DNA from: an uncultured bacterium
Lineage (GTDB): Bacteria; SAR324; NAC60-12
Assembly (NCBI GenBank): GCA_965662235.1
Contig: CBFIGY010000024.1
Location: 1-42,766, forward strand
DNA length: 42,766 bases
Direction of reading: 5' to 3'
Under the pieces are notes generated by a model. The model was not told the origin of the DNA, did not search any database, and saw only the letters and a program-made list of their open reading frames with translations. Shown one piece after another: positions 25,367 through 35,680 of the stretch; the first letter of the stretch is position 1; every line of letters starts with the position of its first letter. Made by a program: the position numbers and the translations under genes.

Positions 25367-26221
25367 CTAAAATTTCCGAGAGGACGCCGTGGCCGCTTCG
25401 GGTGTCGAAGCAGGTTGGGGCTCAGAAGGGTGATCGGAGTTCAGTAAATGGATACGGTAAAGCCCCTGTAATGTCAACTCATCCTGCCGGATGACGCCCG
25501 GCAGAGACGGGGTCAGTTTCGTTGCCAGCCCTCCGGTGGCCACGACTGTTACCTGCTCCTCTCCTTGTGTCTTCAATTCCTGTTCCAGCCGACGGATCAG
25601 GGCTTCAATCATGCCGCAGTACCCGTAGAACAGTCCGGACTGAACGGCCTCAGCCGTGTTTTTGCCAATCAGCCGCGGGGGCTCTGCAATTTCCACCTGA
25701 AAGAGCTGAGCCGCCCGTGAGAACAGGGCTTCTGCCGAAATGTTCAATCCGGGACAAATCACTCCGCCCTGAAAGCGTCCATCGCTGGACACCACATCCA
25801 GCGTGGTGGCGGTGCCGAAGTCAATGACAATCAGCGCTCCCTGGTGCTGGAAGTAGGCGGCAACCGCATTGACCAAGCGGTCGTGCCCCACCGTTTCCGG
25901 ATTGTCGGTGCAGACCTGAATGCCCAACTCCAGCGCATGGCTGACGATGGTTGGTTCTGCCCCAATCAGCTGACGCACCAAGGTGGCGAACACCCGAGAG
26001 AGCTTGGGAACCACCGAACTCAGGACCGCAGCCTGGATCGTTTCCGGCTTGAAGCGAGATGCGAAAAGCATACCCTGCACCAGCACATGGTACTCATCCA
26101 GGCTCAACTCCGGGTTGGAGTGGAGGCGCCAGCTGTGCAGCAACTGCCCGTCTTCAAAGATTCCCATGACCACATTGGTGTTCCCAATGTCCAAGGCCAG
26201 CACTCGCGTCTCCGACTTCAT
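25367..26221 (-). CDS. coaX: Type III pantothenate kinase
   Basis: LALDIGNTN, SSVVP, VGHDRLVNA, IDFGTATT.D, GGVI.PG, GKNT..AVQSG, ATGGLA, LTL.GL. ATGA overlap with the birA stop. Confidence 0.96.
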   Translation of the reverse strand: MKSETRVLALDIGNTNVVMGIFEDGQLLHSWRLHSNPELSLDEYHVLVQGMLFASRFKPETIQAAVLSSVVPKLSRVFATLVRQLIGAEPTIVSHALELGIQVCTDNPETVGHDRLVNAVAAYFQHQGALIVIDFGTATTLDVVSSDGRFQGGVICPGLNISAEALFSRAAQLFQVEIAEPPRLIGKNTAEAVQSGLFYGYCGMIEALIRRLEQELKTQGEEQVTVVATGGLATKLTPSLPGVIRQDELTLQGLYRIHLLNSDHPSEPQPASTPEAATASSRKF

Positions 26222-26958
26222 ACCCAAACATCTCCTGAGGCGTGTATGTGTTCTTCCCCTGTCGGTAAGCGGATTCTCAAGAAGCCCTCTGCTGTCAGCC
26301 CCTCCACCCGTCCGGAGGCGGTTCCTGCAGCGGTTTCAAACGAAACCAAGCTCTCCTGCATGGCAGAACGCTGGAGCCACTCCTGCGTCAGCTCAGCTGT
26401 GCCATGCGTCTGAACTTCAGCCAAAACCGTGTCCAGCTCGGCTAGAATCTCCTGAAACACCTCCTCTTTCAAGACTTCTCTGGACGCGTGAGCCTCCATG
26501 GTGGAGACCTTTTCCTGCAGGTCTGCTGGAAATTCGGTCACCTGCCCCAGACAATTGAGGCCAATTCCTGCCACCATGACCGGCCATCCGGCACCCGGAC
26601 GCGGGACCGATTCAATCAAGATTCCGGCGACCTTCCGCCCGGAGATGAGGAGGTCGTTGGGCCACTTCAGCCGGACAGAGGCGTCCACCCAGCGCTCCAC
26701 CACACGTGCCAGCGCGACTCCCACCCACAGCGAAAAAGCCGGCAACTCGGCAAGCGGACGTTCCGGATGGAGGCACACCGAAAAGGTGAGGTTCTTCCCA
26801 TGCAGCGACACGTACGTCCGTCCCATGCGTCCCCGTCCCTGCACCTGCCGCTCGGTCCGGACCACGGCCCCTGGCTGTTGCAGCAGCTCCGGACGTTCCT
26901 TGAGGTAACTGTTGGTAGACCCCACTTCTTCCAGTCGCACGATCATGCGCTCTCTCAT
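26218..26958 (-). CDS. birA: Biotin-[acetyl-CoA carboxylase] ligase (no N-terminal HTH)
   Basis: STN, Q..GRGRMGR, LKWPND, GRKVAGILIE, GIGLN. Confidence 0.95.
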   Translation of the reverse strand: MRERMIVRLEEVGSTNSYLKERPELLQQPGAVVRTERQVQGRGRMGRTYVSLHGKNLTFSVCLHPERPLAELPAFSLWVGVALARVVERWVDASVRLKWPNDLLISGRKVAGILIESVPRPGAGWPVMVAGIGLNCLGQVTEFPADLQEKVSTMEAHASREVLKEEVFQEILAELDTVLAEVQTHGTAELTQEWLQRSAMQESLVSFETAAGTASGRVEGLTAEGFLRIRLPTGEEHIHASGDVWV

Positions 26959-26961
26959 CTG

Positions 26962-28272
26962 CTACCTCAGCTGAAATTCATGAATGCGGGTGCTGTTTTC
27001 TTCCACCAGCCCTTCGGCGGTGCGTTTGACGGAAACGACGGCCCGGACCTCGGCGGTCACGCCTCCAACAGCGGCTCGCAAACGAATCTCGTACCAGTAG
27101 CTTGCGGCAATGAAAAAGTCATCCGCCCGTCCTGTTGACACAAGAGTGCCGACTTTGGCATCGATGTCCTTGCTGGTCAGCGGATTCTGAGACGCCTTGA
27201 GGGCTTCCGCGAGTTCGGCACGCTTCTGATAGAAGTTCGCTGCCGCATCATCATAAAACTCTCCCGGCATGCTGCTCAGGTACCCGTTCCCATCCTGATT
27301 GAACTGACTTAGAAACCGTTCGAGCTCCTCTTGGGTGGCCAGGTTGACGTTGATGCGGGCTTTGACTTCACGGGCGTCTTGTTGCGGATCCCAGGCGTCA
27401 CCGACCGGATAGACCGTGAAGTATTTTTTCCAAAAAGTCGGAGGCAGGCGAGGTTCATCGAGTGGCAGCAGCAGCGAGACCTCGTCCACGCTTTCAAGGA
27501 ATCCGTTCTTGACCGGGTAGCTGAGCGTCTGCCCGCGGTATCCCAGTTCATTGCCCACAACTCCGGGATAGTTGGACTGAAAGGGGGAGTCGCCTTGATC
27601 CACCCAGTCGAACACCCGTCCGTAGATTCCCAGCGCCGTGGGCTCGCTGAAGAGGTATCCGTTTTCCTCATCTTGGTACTCGTCGGTGTTCAGTAGGTTT
27701 AGGAACTGATTGGCCAGCTGTGCATCCGGCTTGGTCCGTTCCGGTTCCAAGGTCCGCTTGGGGGACTGCACCCGGTTGAGGTTGTAGAGGTGGTCAATGG
27801 GGCGAATGGAGGGCGTGTAGAAGGTGACGTCGGCAAAGCTTGCGTAGAATTCCGGGAGGGCGTACTGAACCAGCTCTTCCGGGATGACCGTCAGGTCTGG
27901 AGGATTGAGGAAGGAAACGGGGGGGGCCTCATCAGCAGCAAGACCCAGCCCAGGATCTTCTGTCGGAAGCGCGAAACCGGTTCCCTGCTGGACCCCTTGG
28001 GCAAATTGAAGCAGCGGCGCGATCTGTTCAAAGAAGTCTGCTTCAGCCATGTTGCCAGCCTCGCCTCCCTGGAGTCCAACGAGGACCGCCTTGAAGAGTG
28101 ACTTGACGGCATTTCGGGCCTGAAAGGACGACTGCGAGTTCTGCAGAGCGCGGACTTCCAGAGTGGTTTCAAAGGAAAATTCGGTCAGAAAGACCGCGAT
28201 GAGCGAGAGGACCACCAAGGTGAGAAACAGGGCGATCCCTCGCCGCGGAGCGGGAGAGCGGCGGAACCTCAT
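26962..28272 (-). CDS. gspK: Type II secretion minor pseudopilin GspK-like protein
   Basis: Prepilin-like RRG|IALFLTLVVLSLIAV, YNLN, DWVD, YPVKNG.LESVDE, FTVY, INVNLAT, and a C-terminal beta-sheet SYWYEIRL. Confidence 0.8.
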   Translation of the reverse strand: MRFRRSPAPRRGIALFLTLVVLSLIAVFLTEFSFETTLEVRALQNSQSSFQARNAVKSLFKAVLVGLQGGEAGNMAEADFFEQIAPLLQFAQGVQQGTGFALPTEDPGLGLAADEAPPVSFLNPPDLTVIPEELVQYALPEFYASFADVTFYTPSIRPIDHLYNLNRVQSPKRTLEPERTKPDAQLANQFLNLLNTDEYQDEENGYLFSEPTALGIYGRVFDWVDQGDSPFQSNYPGVVGNELGYRGQTLSYPVKNGFLESVDEVSLLLPLDEPRLPPTFWKKYFTVYPVGDAWDPQQDAREVKARINVNLATQEELERFLSQFNQDGNGYLSSMPGEFYDDAAANFYQKRAELAEALKASQNPLTSKDIDAKVGTLVSTGRADDFFIAASYWYEIRLRAAVGGVTAEVRAVVSVKRTAEGLVEENSTRIHEFQLR

Positions 28273-28320
28273 GAGGACTCCTCATGAAGTTCCGGGCTCT
28301 GAGTCAGGAAGGGCGTGGGC

Positions 28321-31300
28321 TCAGGAGCAGCCACTGGTCGCGCCACAGGAAGCGCATTTGAGGCAGGAGCCATTACGGACCATCGTAAACTGACCACAGG
28401 TTGTGCAGGGTTCTCCTTCGTACCCCTTCAGGCGGGCTTCCTGAACCAAGTCGGCCTGAGAGCGCTCGGCCTTCCAGGTTCCTTCCGTTCCAGAGACGTA
28501 CTCCAGCTCTGTTGCTGTGGAAGCCTTCTCCAGCAGGGTCACATCGACCCCGTAGTTTTCGGCAAAGGCGTAGACGTGGTCATCGTCTTCGTCCCGCAGA
28601 AAGGCTTCAGCTTCCTTGCCGCTGAGCGTGCGTTCCGAGACCACCGTTTCGCCTTCGAAGTCAGGCTCCGGAATGCGATGGACTTCGCTGCTGGCCAGGT
28701 CATCGGTAGAGACATGGGCCAAGTCGCTGCGTCCCAAGTAGCTGACAGCAAGCTCCCGGAAGATGTAGTCGATGATGGACGTGCTCATCTTGATGGAGTC
28801 GTTGCCCTGGACCATGCCGTTGGGCTCAAACCGGGTGAAGGTGAAGGCGTCGACAAACTCCTCCAGCGGCACACCGTGCTGCAGTCCCAGCGAGACGGCG
28901 ATGGCAAAGCAGTTCATCAGGCTCCGGAAGGCGGCACCTTCCTTGTGCATGTCAACAAAGATTTCCCCAAGGGTGCCATCTTCGTAGTCGCCGGTGCGCA
29001 GGTAGAGCTTGTGCCCACCAATGAGCGCCTTCTGGGTGTACCCCTTGCGGCGATCCGGAAGGCGACGGCGTCTGGCCAGGTACCGGTGGATGATCTTTTC
29101 GGCCACCCGGACCTCGCGGGCCACGGTTTCTGTTGCCTCATCTTCTTCCTCCGCCCAGACCTCTTCCGCGGCACTGGTGTTGAGCGGCTGACTCAGCTTG
29201 GAGCCGTCGCGGTAGAGCGCGTTGCACTTGAGGGCCAGCTTCCAGGACATCATGTAGGCGTCCTTGATGTCGAGGACATCAGCATGGCTGGGGAGGTTGA
29301 TCGTCTTGGAGATTGATCCAGAAATGAAGGGCTGGGCGGCCGCCATCATGCGGATGTGGGCTTCCGGAGCAATGTAGCGCTGCCCCTTCTTGCCGCACTT
29401 GTTGGCGCAGTCGAAGACCGCATAGTGCTCAGGCTTCAGGTGCGGAGCGCCTTCAATCGTCATGGTGCCACAAATGGCATCATTCGCTGCTTCAATCTCC
29501 TTGTCCGTGAAGCCAAGGTGCCGGAGCACGCTGAACTGGTAATCGCTCAGCTGATCTTCATTGAGCCCAAGAACCTGCTTGCAGAAGGTGTCTCCGAGGG
29601 TCCAGCGGTTGAACACAAAGGAAATGTCAAAGGCGGTCGGCAATTGGCCTTCCACAGCGGCCAGCACCTCTTCCGTGAACCCTTTGCTGCGCAGGCTCTC
29701 AGGGTTGATGCAGGGAGAACCCTTGAGGCTTCCGCGACCCTTGACGTAGTGGACGATGTCCTGAATTTCGGCATCGCTGTAGCCCAGCTTCTTGAGCGCC
29801 GGTGGAATTGACTGGTTGATGATCTTGAAGTACCCGCCTCCGGCGAGCTTCTTGAACTTGACCAAGGCAAAGTCGGGCTCAATGCCGGTGGTGTCACAGT
29901 CCATCAGCAGACCAATGGTGCCCGTTGGGGCAATCACGGTGACCTGTGCGTTCCGGAAGCCGTGCTGCTCTCCGAGGGCAAGGGCTCGGTCGGCGTCTTC
30001 CTGAGCGGCCTTCAGAAACGCTGTGGGGCAGTGCTGACTGTCAATGCCCATGGGCTTCATGGTCAGGCCTTCGTAGTCACTGTCCGCGACACGGTACGCC
30101 GCTCGGCGGTGGTTCCGGACCACCCGGAGCATGGACTCACGGTTGCGCTCAAAGCCCGCGAAGGCTCCCAACTCGCTTGCCATCTCAGCTGAGGTGGCAT
30201 AGGAGGTCATGTGCATGATGGAGGTGATGGCCCCACAGATGGCGAGGGCCTTCTCCGAATCATACGGAATGCCGTTGACCATCAGGTACGTGCCCATGTT
30301 GGCGTAACCCAGCCCGAGGGTCCGGAACTCATAGGAGAGCTCGGCAATGCGCTTGCTGGGGAACTGCGCCATGAGGACGCTGATTTCCAGGACAATTGTC
30401 CACAGGCGAGTGGCATGTCGGAAGCGCTCAATGTCCAGCTCTCCGGTTTCCGGAGCACGGAACTGCAGCAGGTTCAGAGACGCCAGGTTGCAGGCAGTGT
30501 CATCGAGGAACATGTACTCGCTGCACGGGTTGGACGCCCGGATGGGACCGTCTGTCGGGCAGGTGTGCCACTCGTTGATGGTGGTGTCAAACTGCAGTCC
30601 CGGATCGGCAGAAGCCCATGCGGCATAAGAGATCTGCTCCCAGAGCTCCCGGGCCTTCAGGGTTTTGCAGGGCTGGGGCGCCCGGCCGGATTCCAGCGCC
30701 CGGACGCGTTCCGTTCGCCAGTAGAGGTGCCAGTCGGCATCAGCCTCAACCGCCTGCATGAATTCGTTGCTCAGACGGACGGAGTTGTTGGCGTTCTGGC
30801 CCGCAACCGAGCTGTAGGCTTCCGAGTTCCAGTCGGTGTCGTACTCATCAAAGTCGACCCCCGTGTAACCCTGCTTGGCGAGGTGCATGATGCGCTCAAC
30901 GTAGCTGAACGGCACCTGAGCCGTCCGGGCCTTCCGGACCACCTTGCGCAGGTCGAGGTTCTTCTTTAGGTCGTAACGTGTGGCTTCTTCTCCCCAGCCG
31001 TGGACCGCAGCAAAGAGCTCGTTGATGACTTCCTTGATCTTCTTGGAACCTGCCACCAGCGCGGCCACCTTTTGTTCCTCGCGGACCTTCCAGTTGACAA
31101 ACTTTTCAATGTCCGGATGATCAACATCTAGGCAGACCATCTTCGCGGCGCGGCGAGTGGTGCCTCCGGATTTGATGGACCCTGCGGCCGTGTCTCCAAT
31201 CTTGAGGAAGGACATGAGCCCACTGGAGAAGCCTCCTCCGGAGAGGGGTTCTCCGTCTCCTCGCAGGTTGGAGAAGTTGGAGCCGGTTCCGGAACCGTAC

Positions 31301-31977
31301 TTGAAGAGCCGAGCTTCCCGGGTCCACAGGTCCATGATGCCGCCTTCGCGGACCAGATCGTCTTCAACCGATTGGATGAAGCAGGCGTGTGGCTGCGGAT
31401 GGGTGTAGGCGTCTTCGGAGCGCGACACCTTGCCGGTTTCGGGATCAACGTAGTAGTGCCCCTGCGCAGGACCAGAAAGTCCGTAGGCCCAGTTCAGTCC
31501 GGTGTTGAACCACTGAGGAGAATTCGGAGCCGCCATCTGATGCGCAAACATGTAGCACAGCTCATCATAGAAGGCGCGGGCGTCAGCTTCTTCATCAAAG
31601 TAGTTGTGCTTGAACCCCCAATAGGTCCAGCACCCTGCGAGGCGGTGAAAGACTTCCCGGGCGTCGGTTTCCGACATCATCCGGTCGTCTTCGCTCAACT
31701 TGGCCTGCTTGGCCTGATCAGGAACCGAGGACTGGAGCCACTCAGGAATGCCCTTTTCTTTGGCGGTTTTGCGGTTTTTGGGAATTCCTGCTTTACGGAA
31801 GTACTTTTGAGCCATGATGTCGGTGGCCACCTGAGACCAGGCTTTGGGGACGACCACTTTGTCCCACTTCGACACCACAGATCCGTCCGGGTTGCGAATC
31901 ACGGATTCACGTTGTTCAAACTCGATTCCTTGGTACGGATCTTGACCCTCCATGGTGAAGACACGCGTAATTTTCAT
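28321..31977 (-). CDS. nrdJ: Class II (adenosylcobalamin-dependent) ribonucleotide reductase
   Basis: [93 protein letters not shown], a TSCPD-like region and C-terminal CxxC..CxxC..GCS. Confidence 0.97.
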   Translation of the reverse strand: MKITRVFTMEGQDPYQGIEFEQRESVIRNPDGSVVSKWDKVVVPKAWSQVATDIMAQKYFRKAGIPKNRKTAKEKGIPEWLQSSVPDQAKQAKLSEDDRMMSETDAREVFHRLAGCWTYWGFKHNYFDEEADARAFYDELCYMFAHQMAAPNSPQWFNTGLNWAYGLSGPAQGHYYVDPETGKVSRSEDAYTHPQPHACFIQSVEDDLVREGGIMDLWTREARLFKYGSGTGSNFSNLRGDGEPLSGGGFSSGLMSFLKIGDTAAGSIKSGGTTRRAAKMVCLDVDHPDIEKFVNWKVREEQKVAALVAGSKKIKEVINELFAAVHGWGEEATRYDLKKNLDLRKVVRKARTAQVPFSYVERIMHLAKQGYTGVDFDEYDTDWNSEAYSSVAGQNANNSVRLSNEFMQAVEADADWHLYWRTERVRALESGRAPQPCKTLKARELWEQISYAAWASADPGLQFDTTINEWHTCPTDGPIRASNPCSEYMFLDDTACNLASLNLLQFRAPETGELDIERFRHATRLWTIVLEISVLMAQFPSKRIAELSYEFRTLGLGYANMGTYLMVNGIPYDSEKALAICGAITSIMHMTSYATSAEMASELGAFAGFERNRESMLRVVRNHRRAAYRVADSDYEGLTMKPMGIDSQHCPTAFLKAAQEDADRALALGEQHGFRNAQVTVIAPTGTIGLLMDCDTTGIEPDFALVKFKKLAGGGYFKIINQSIPPALKKLGYSDAEIQDIVHYVKGRGSLKGSPCINPESLRSKGFTEEVLAAVEGQLPTAFDISFVFNRWTLGDTFCKQVLGLNEDQLSDYQFSVLRHLGFTDKEIEAANDAICGTMTIEGAPHLKPEHYAVFDCANKCGKKGQRYIAPEAHIRMMAAAQPFISGSISKTINLPSHADVLDIKDAYMMSWKLALKCNALYRDGSKLSQPLNTSAAEEVWAEEEDEATETVAREVRVAEKIIHRYLARRRRLPDRRKGYTQKALIGGHKLYLRTGDYEDGTLGEIFVDMHKEGAAFRSLMNCFAIAVSLGLQHGVPLEEFVDAFTFTRFEPNGMVQGNDSIKMSTSIIDYIFRELAVSYLGRSDLAHVSTDDLASSEVHRIPEPDFEGETVVSERTLSGKEAEAFLRDEDDDHVYAFAENYGVDVTLLEKASTATELEYVSGTEGTWKAERSQADLVQEARLKGYEGEPCTTCGQFTMVRNGSCLKCASCGATSGCS

Positions 31978-32151
31978 TGAGCTTCTCTTCCTTTGTTGGG
32001 TTTGGGAAATGGCTGGCCCGCTTTCTGGCGCGGACGAGTCCGACTCCTACGCTTCCAGCGCACGAGCGTTTGGGTTGACTGTTTTTTTGGGAGGCAGAAG
32101 GAAGGGCCGGGGCTCTCACGGGGAGGGCGGGTCCTGTTGTTATGATTCCCA

Positions 32152-32189
32152 CTTGCACTCTTGAGATGGGTTGTCCAAGTTAGTGCAAG
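32152..32189. promoter_or_regulatory. Inverted repeat in the divergent nrdJ/hemW intergenic region
   Basis: CTTGCACT (32152-32159) pairs with AGTGCAAG (32182-32189), with an inner CTTG/CAAG pair. Confidence 0.5.
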
Positions 32190-32248
32190 GTTAGAGGGAA
32201 ATCAAACCAAAGATCGTTTATTCAACTCAATGGCTTAGGCTCGACGCC

Positions 32249-33436
32249 TTGATTTCATTAGCGGAAAAAATCCACTCCCGACGTCCTCCGGAACTCCGGA
32301 CGCTGTACGTCCACATTCCCTTCTGCCGGCACCTCTGTCCGTTCTGCGCCTTTGCGGTCCGACGCGACAATGCCCGCCGTCATGCGGACTACCTGAACCT
32401 GCTGGAACAGGAGGCTCAGCTGCGGCGTCCGTTCCTAGAAAACCACCTGGCGCCGCTGGATTCCATCTACTTTGGGGGCGGGACCCCCTCCAGCCTGCGT
32501 CCGGAAGAAGTACAGGACCTGTTGGATCGGCTGCAGGCGGTTTTCCCCTTTGCCGCGGAAGCCGAGGTGGCCTTTGAGCTGAATCCGGAAGATGTCACTC
32601 CGGACTACCTGCGGGCGCTCCGGGCAGCGGGGGTGACACGAGTGAGCCTTGGTGGGCAGAGCTTTCAGCCGGCTGTGCTGCAGCGTCTGGGACGGCACCA
32701 CACTCCGGAACAGCTGCATCAGGCCCTGCAAGACGTCCGGGCGGCAGGGTTCCGCAGCTGGAACCTTGATGTGATGTTTGGCATTCCGGAACAGTCATTG
32801 GCTGATTTTGAAGCGGACCTAGCCGCGGTTTCGCTTCATGAGCCCCCCCACCTTTCCCTTTACGGACTGGAGGTTCACGAAGGCACCCCTTACGGGGCCA
32901 GCCCAGCGATCACCGCCTGGCACCAGGAACAGGAAGAGCTGGCCGCCACACTGTACCTGACCGCGGTCGAGCACCTCACACGCCTGGGGTGGGAGCAGTA
33001 TGAGGTTTCAAACTTTGCACGACCCGGACATCAGGGACGCCAGAACCTGAGGGTCTGGGACGGGGAGTTTTACCTAGGACTGGGGCTGGGCGCGCATTCC
33101 TTTTTTCAAGGAGTCCGCTGGGGAAACGTGAAGGCGCTGCATCCGTATCAGCAACGTCTCCAGGCCTCAAGTTTCCCAGAGGCGTTTCAGGAGGTGCTGC
33201 AGCCCAACGAACAGGCCAACGAGTGGCTCATGCTTGCCCTCCGGCGTCCTCAGGGCCTTAACCTGGAGGCGTGGGCACAGTCGGTGTCTGCCCAAGAGCA
33301 CCTTGCTCGTTTGCAACCCACGCTTCAGCACTGGGTGACCTCGGGGTGGGCTTCATGGGATCCTCCGCTTCTGGCGCTGACTCCGGAAGGCCTGCTAAGG
33401 GCCGATGCCTTGACCGCCGAGTTGATGCTCGACTGA
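32249..33436 (+). CDS. hemW: Radical SAM HemN-like protein (HemW heme-chaperone family)
   Basis: LYVHIPFCRHLCPFC, SIYFGGGTPS, ELNP, RVSLGGQSF, NLDVMFGIPEQ, HLSLYGL, YEVSNFA, YLGLGLGAHS. The start codon is uncertain (TTG). Confidence 0.82.
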   Translation: MISLAEKIHSRRPPELRTLYVHIPFCRHLCPFCAFAVRRDNARRHADYLNLLEQEAQLRRPFLENHLAPLDSIYFGGGTPSSLRPEEVQDLLDRLQAVFPFAAEAEVAFELNPEDVTPDYLRALRAAGVTRVSLGGQSFQPAVLQRLGRHHTPEQLHQALQDVRAAGFRSWNLDVMFGIPEQSLADFEADLAAVSLHEPPHLSLYGLEVHEGTPYGASPAITAWHQEQEELAATLYLTAVEHLTRLGWEQYEVSNFARPGHQGRQNLRVWDGEFYLGLGLGAHSFFQGVRWGNVKALHPYQQRLQASSFPEAFQEVLQPNEQANEWLMLALRRPQGLNLEAWAQSVSAQEHLARLQPTLQHWVTSGWASWDPPLLALTPEGLLRADALTAELMLD

Positions 33437-33438
33437 GC

Positions 33439-34704
33439 TCAGGCAACGGCTTGCTGCCGCGGTGCCGTCCGTTTGCGGACCAGGTTCAATGGCTCACCCC
33501 TTCCAGGGTAGGGCAGGCGAATCAAACGGTCCGGATTCACTCGCGACACGCGGCTTCCGTTCAGCAGTTCCAGGGCCGACGTTTCCAGCCTCTGAGCGGG
33601 TCCCGTAAACGGTAGCAGCTCCAGGACCTCATGAGCGCTGATCGGATTCTGGGTCTGCAGCACGAGTCCGGTTTCCGGAGAGGCTTCCAGCACGGTGCCG
33701 GCAAGCTCCCACTCCTTCCAGCCCTGTGCCTCTCGATCTCCAGAATAAATGCTGTCCCATCCGGCAGGTTCCAGCAGCGAGGCCTCGGTGTAACCACGGT
33801 GCGGAAGCTTTTCCAACTCGGTGCTCCAGAACGCTAGGTGCGGTTCCCACTGGTCCGGAGGCAGGTGCATCAGCCCGTCCAGCGCCTGCCGGTACGCCCG
33901 GGTGGTGCTGGCGGCATAGAGGGGGCTCTTCATCCGTCCCTCGACCTTGAGGCTGTCGATTCCGGGATGCCCGGGACGCTTGAGGAACTGGGGCAGGTGT
34001 TCGAGTCCCCGGAGGTCTTTGGAGCTGAGCAACGTTGCCACGCCCTGGCTTCCCGCCGCAAAGGTCGGACCGGCGCTGACCTGATACTCAAAACGGCAGC
34101 TCTGAATGCAGCCTCCGCGGTTGCTGTCGCGTCCTGCTGTGTGGTTGGAGATGGTACAGTGCCCCGAGTAGGCCATGCACATGGCCCCGTGGATGAACAG
34201 CTCCACCTCTACGTCCGCTTCGGTGCGGATCTGTTGAGCCTCTGCCACAGAAACCTCCCGGCCCAGGACGATGCGCTCCACCCCCAGTCGCTTCCAGAGC
34301 CGAGCCGCAAACGGGTTCAGGCATGAGGCCTGAGTGGAAAGGTGTACTGGGAGGGATGAGTGTTCCTGAACAACGGTCACGACACCGAGGTCGGACACAA
34401 TCACCGCGTCCACCCCCAGGGCCTCAAGAAGCTGCACGTATTCCGGGAGGGCGTCCAGTTCCGGATCGTGGAGGAAGGCATTGAGGGTGATGTAGACCTT
34501 GGTGCCCCGGGCATGGGCAAAGGCGAGGGCTTGCTGGAGTTCACTGTCGGTCAGGTTATCGGAACCTCCACGGAGGCTGAACCGAGGACCTGCGGCATAG
34601 ACGGCGTCGGCGCCATAAAGGACGGCGATGCGGAGCTTTTCCAGGGTGCCAGCGGGGGCCAGCAGTTCCGGAAGCTCCGACTTAGGGAAGGTCTCCGAGG
34701 TCAT
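33439..34704 (-). CDS. U32 family protein, TrhP/YegQ-like (tRNA hydroxylation)
   Basis: PELLAPAG, YGADAVY, HLSTQ, LGRE, ELFIHGAMCMAYSGHC..SN..RDSNRGGC.QSCR, SKDL, DSLKVEGRMKS. ATG 34704 is preferred; it gives a 23-nt overlap with the upstream gene. Confidence 0.88.
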   Translation of the reverse strand: MTSETFPKSELPELLAPAGTLEKLRIAVLYGADAVYAAGPRFSLRGGSDNLTDSELQQALAFAHARGTKVYITLNAFLHDPELDALPEYVQLLEALGVDAVIVSDLGVVTVVQEHSSLPVHLSTQASCLNPFAARLWKRLGVERIVLGREVSVAEAQQIRTEADVEVELFIHGAMCMAYSGHCTISNHTAGRDSNRGGCIQSCRFEYQVSAGPTFAAGSQGVATLLSSKDLRGLEHLPQFLKRPGHPGIDSLKVEGRMKSPLYAASTTRAYRQALDGLMHLPPDQWEPHLAFWSTELEKLPHRGYTEASLLEPAGWDSIYSGDREAQGWKEWELAGTVLEASPETGLVLQTQNPISAHEVLELLPFTGPAQRLETSALELLNGSRVSRVNPDRLIRLPYPGRGEPLNLVRKRTAPRQQAVA

Positions 34705-35677
34705 GATGGACTCGGGCTCGAGCGTTCCCCAGGAAGCGGGGTCCGGTTTGCTCAATGACGGCTGCAGCAAGGGACGAGGCGATGCGGCCGCTTTCAAGAG
34801 GGGAGTGTCCGTTGGTGACACCATACAGGTAACCGGCGGCAAACGCGTCTCCGGCGCCTGTGGTGTCTTTTACCTCAACAGACATGGGGTCAACGTAATA
34901 GGTTTCCCCGGCTGAGCGGATGAGGGCGCCGTTGCCTCCGAGGGTGAGGACGACGGTTTCGGTGTGTTCCGCCAATCGTTCCAGTGCCTGCTGTGAGACA
35001 GAGGTGCCGCTGAGCAAAGAGGCCTCTTCCTGATTGGCAAAGACCAGGTCCACCTGCTTGAGGAGCTCGAGGAAGTCTTCTTGGTGACGGTTCACACAGA
35101 ACGGATCCGAAAGGCTCAGAGCGATTTTGACGCCAAACTCCTTGGCCTTCTGCAGCGCCAGCCGGACGGCTTCCTTCTGCACCTCCGTATCCCAGAGGTA
35201 GCCGGTCACATAGAGGATCTTCGCCCGCTGGAGGGCCTGCAGGTCAATGTCGTCCGGAGCCAGTTCCTGGCACATGCCGAGGTAGGTGTTCATGGTCCGG
35301 GAGGCATCAGGGGAGACGAGAATCAGGCTGCTGCCGGTGATGCCCTCTCCGGTGCCGAGGCAGGCTTCCACGCCCTGCTCTTCCAGCTTTTCGGTGTAGA
35401 TCTTTCCGTGCTCGTCTTGACCGATCTTGCCGGTGAAGGCGGCGCGGCCTCCCAGCTGAGCGATGCCAATCATGGTGTTGGCGCCGGAGCCGCCTGCGGC
35501 AAACTCCACGCCGTGGCGATCGGCAGCAAGGGACATGAGCAGGGTCTGCTGCGTTTCCAGAGGCACGAGGTACATCCGGTTCTTCACCAAGTCCCGTTCC
35601 TGCAGAAACGTGTCCGGGACATGGGACAGCAAGTCAATCAGCGGATTGCAGATGCCGTAAACGTCTAATGCTTCCAT
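34682..35677 (-). CDS. PfkB-family carbohydrate/adenosine kinase
   Basis: GICNPLID, GGSGANT, GKIGQD.HG, RTMNTYLG, FANQEE, VLTLG..G, DTTGAGDAFAAGYLYG. Confidence 0.92.
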   Translation of the reverse strand: MEALDVYGICNPLIDLLSHVPDTFLQERDLVKNRMYLVPLETQQTLLMSLAADRHGVEFAAGGSGANTMIGIAQLGGRAAFTGKIGQDEHGKIYTEKLEEQGVEACLGTGEGITGSSLILVSPDASRTMNTYLGMCQELAPDDIDLQALQRAKILYVTGYLWDTEVQKEAVRLALQKAKEFGVKIALSLSDPFCVNRHQEDFLELLKQVDLVFANQEEASLLSGTSVSQQALERLAEHTETVVLTLGGNGALIRSAGETYYVDPMSVEVKDTTGAGDAFAAGYLYGVTNGHSPLESGRIASSLAAAVIEQTGPRFLGNARARVHHDLGDLP

Positions 35678-35680
35678 GAA

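Noticed and set aside
28321..31977. Intein or intron in the 1218-aa NrdJ
   Set aside because: The length and continuous motifs fit long-form NrdJ with a TSCPD/Zn-ribbon tail. I saw no splice-junction or homing-endonuclease motifs.
31978..32248. Cobalamin riboswitch upstream of B12-dependent nrdJ
   Set aside because: I could not find the conserved GGGAA..GCAACTGT/GCCACTG..B12-box elements in order on the minus strand.
34705..34842. N-terminal extension of the U32 ORF
   Set aside because: It overlaps the conserved C-terminus of the PfkB kinase. Family homology begins at PELLAPAG, just after ATG 34704.
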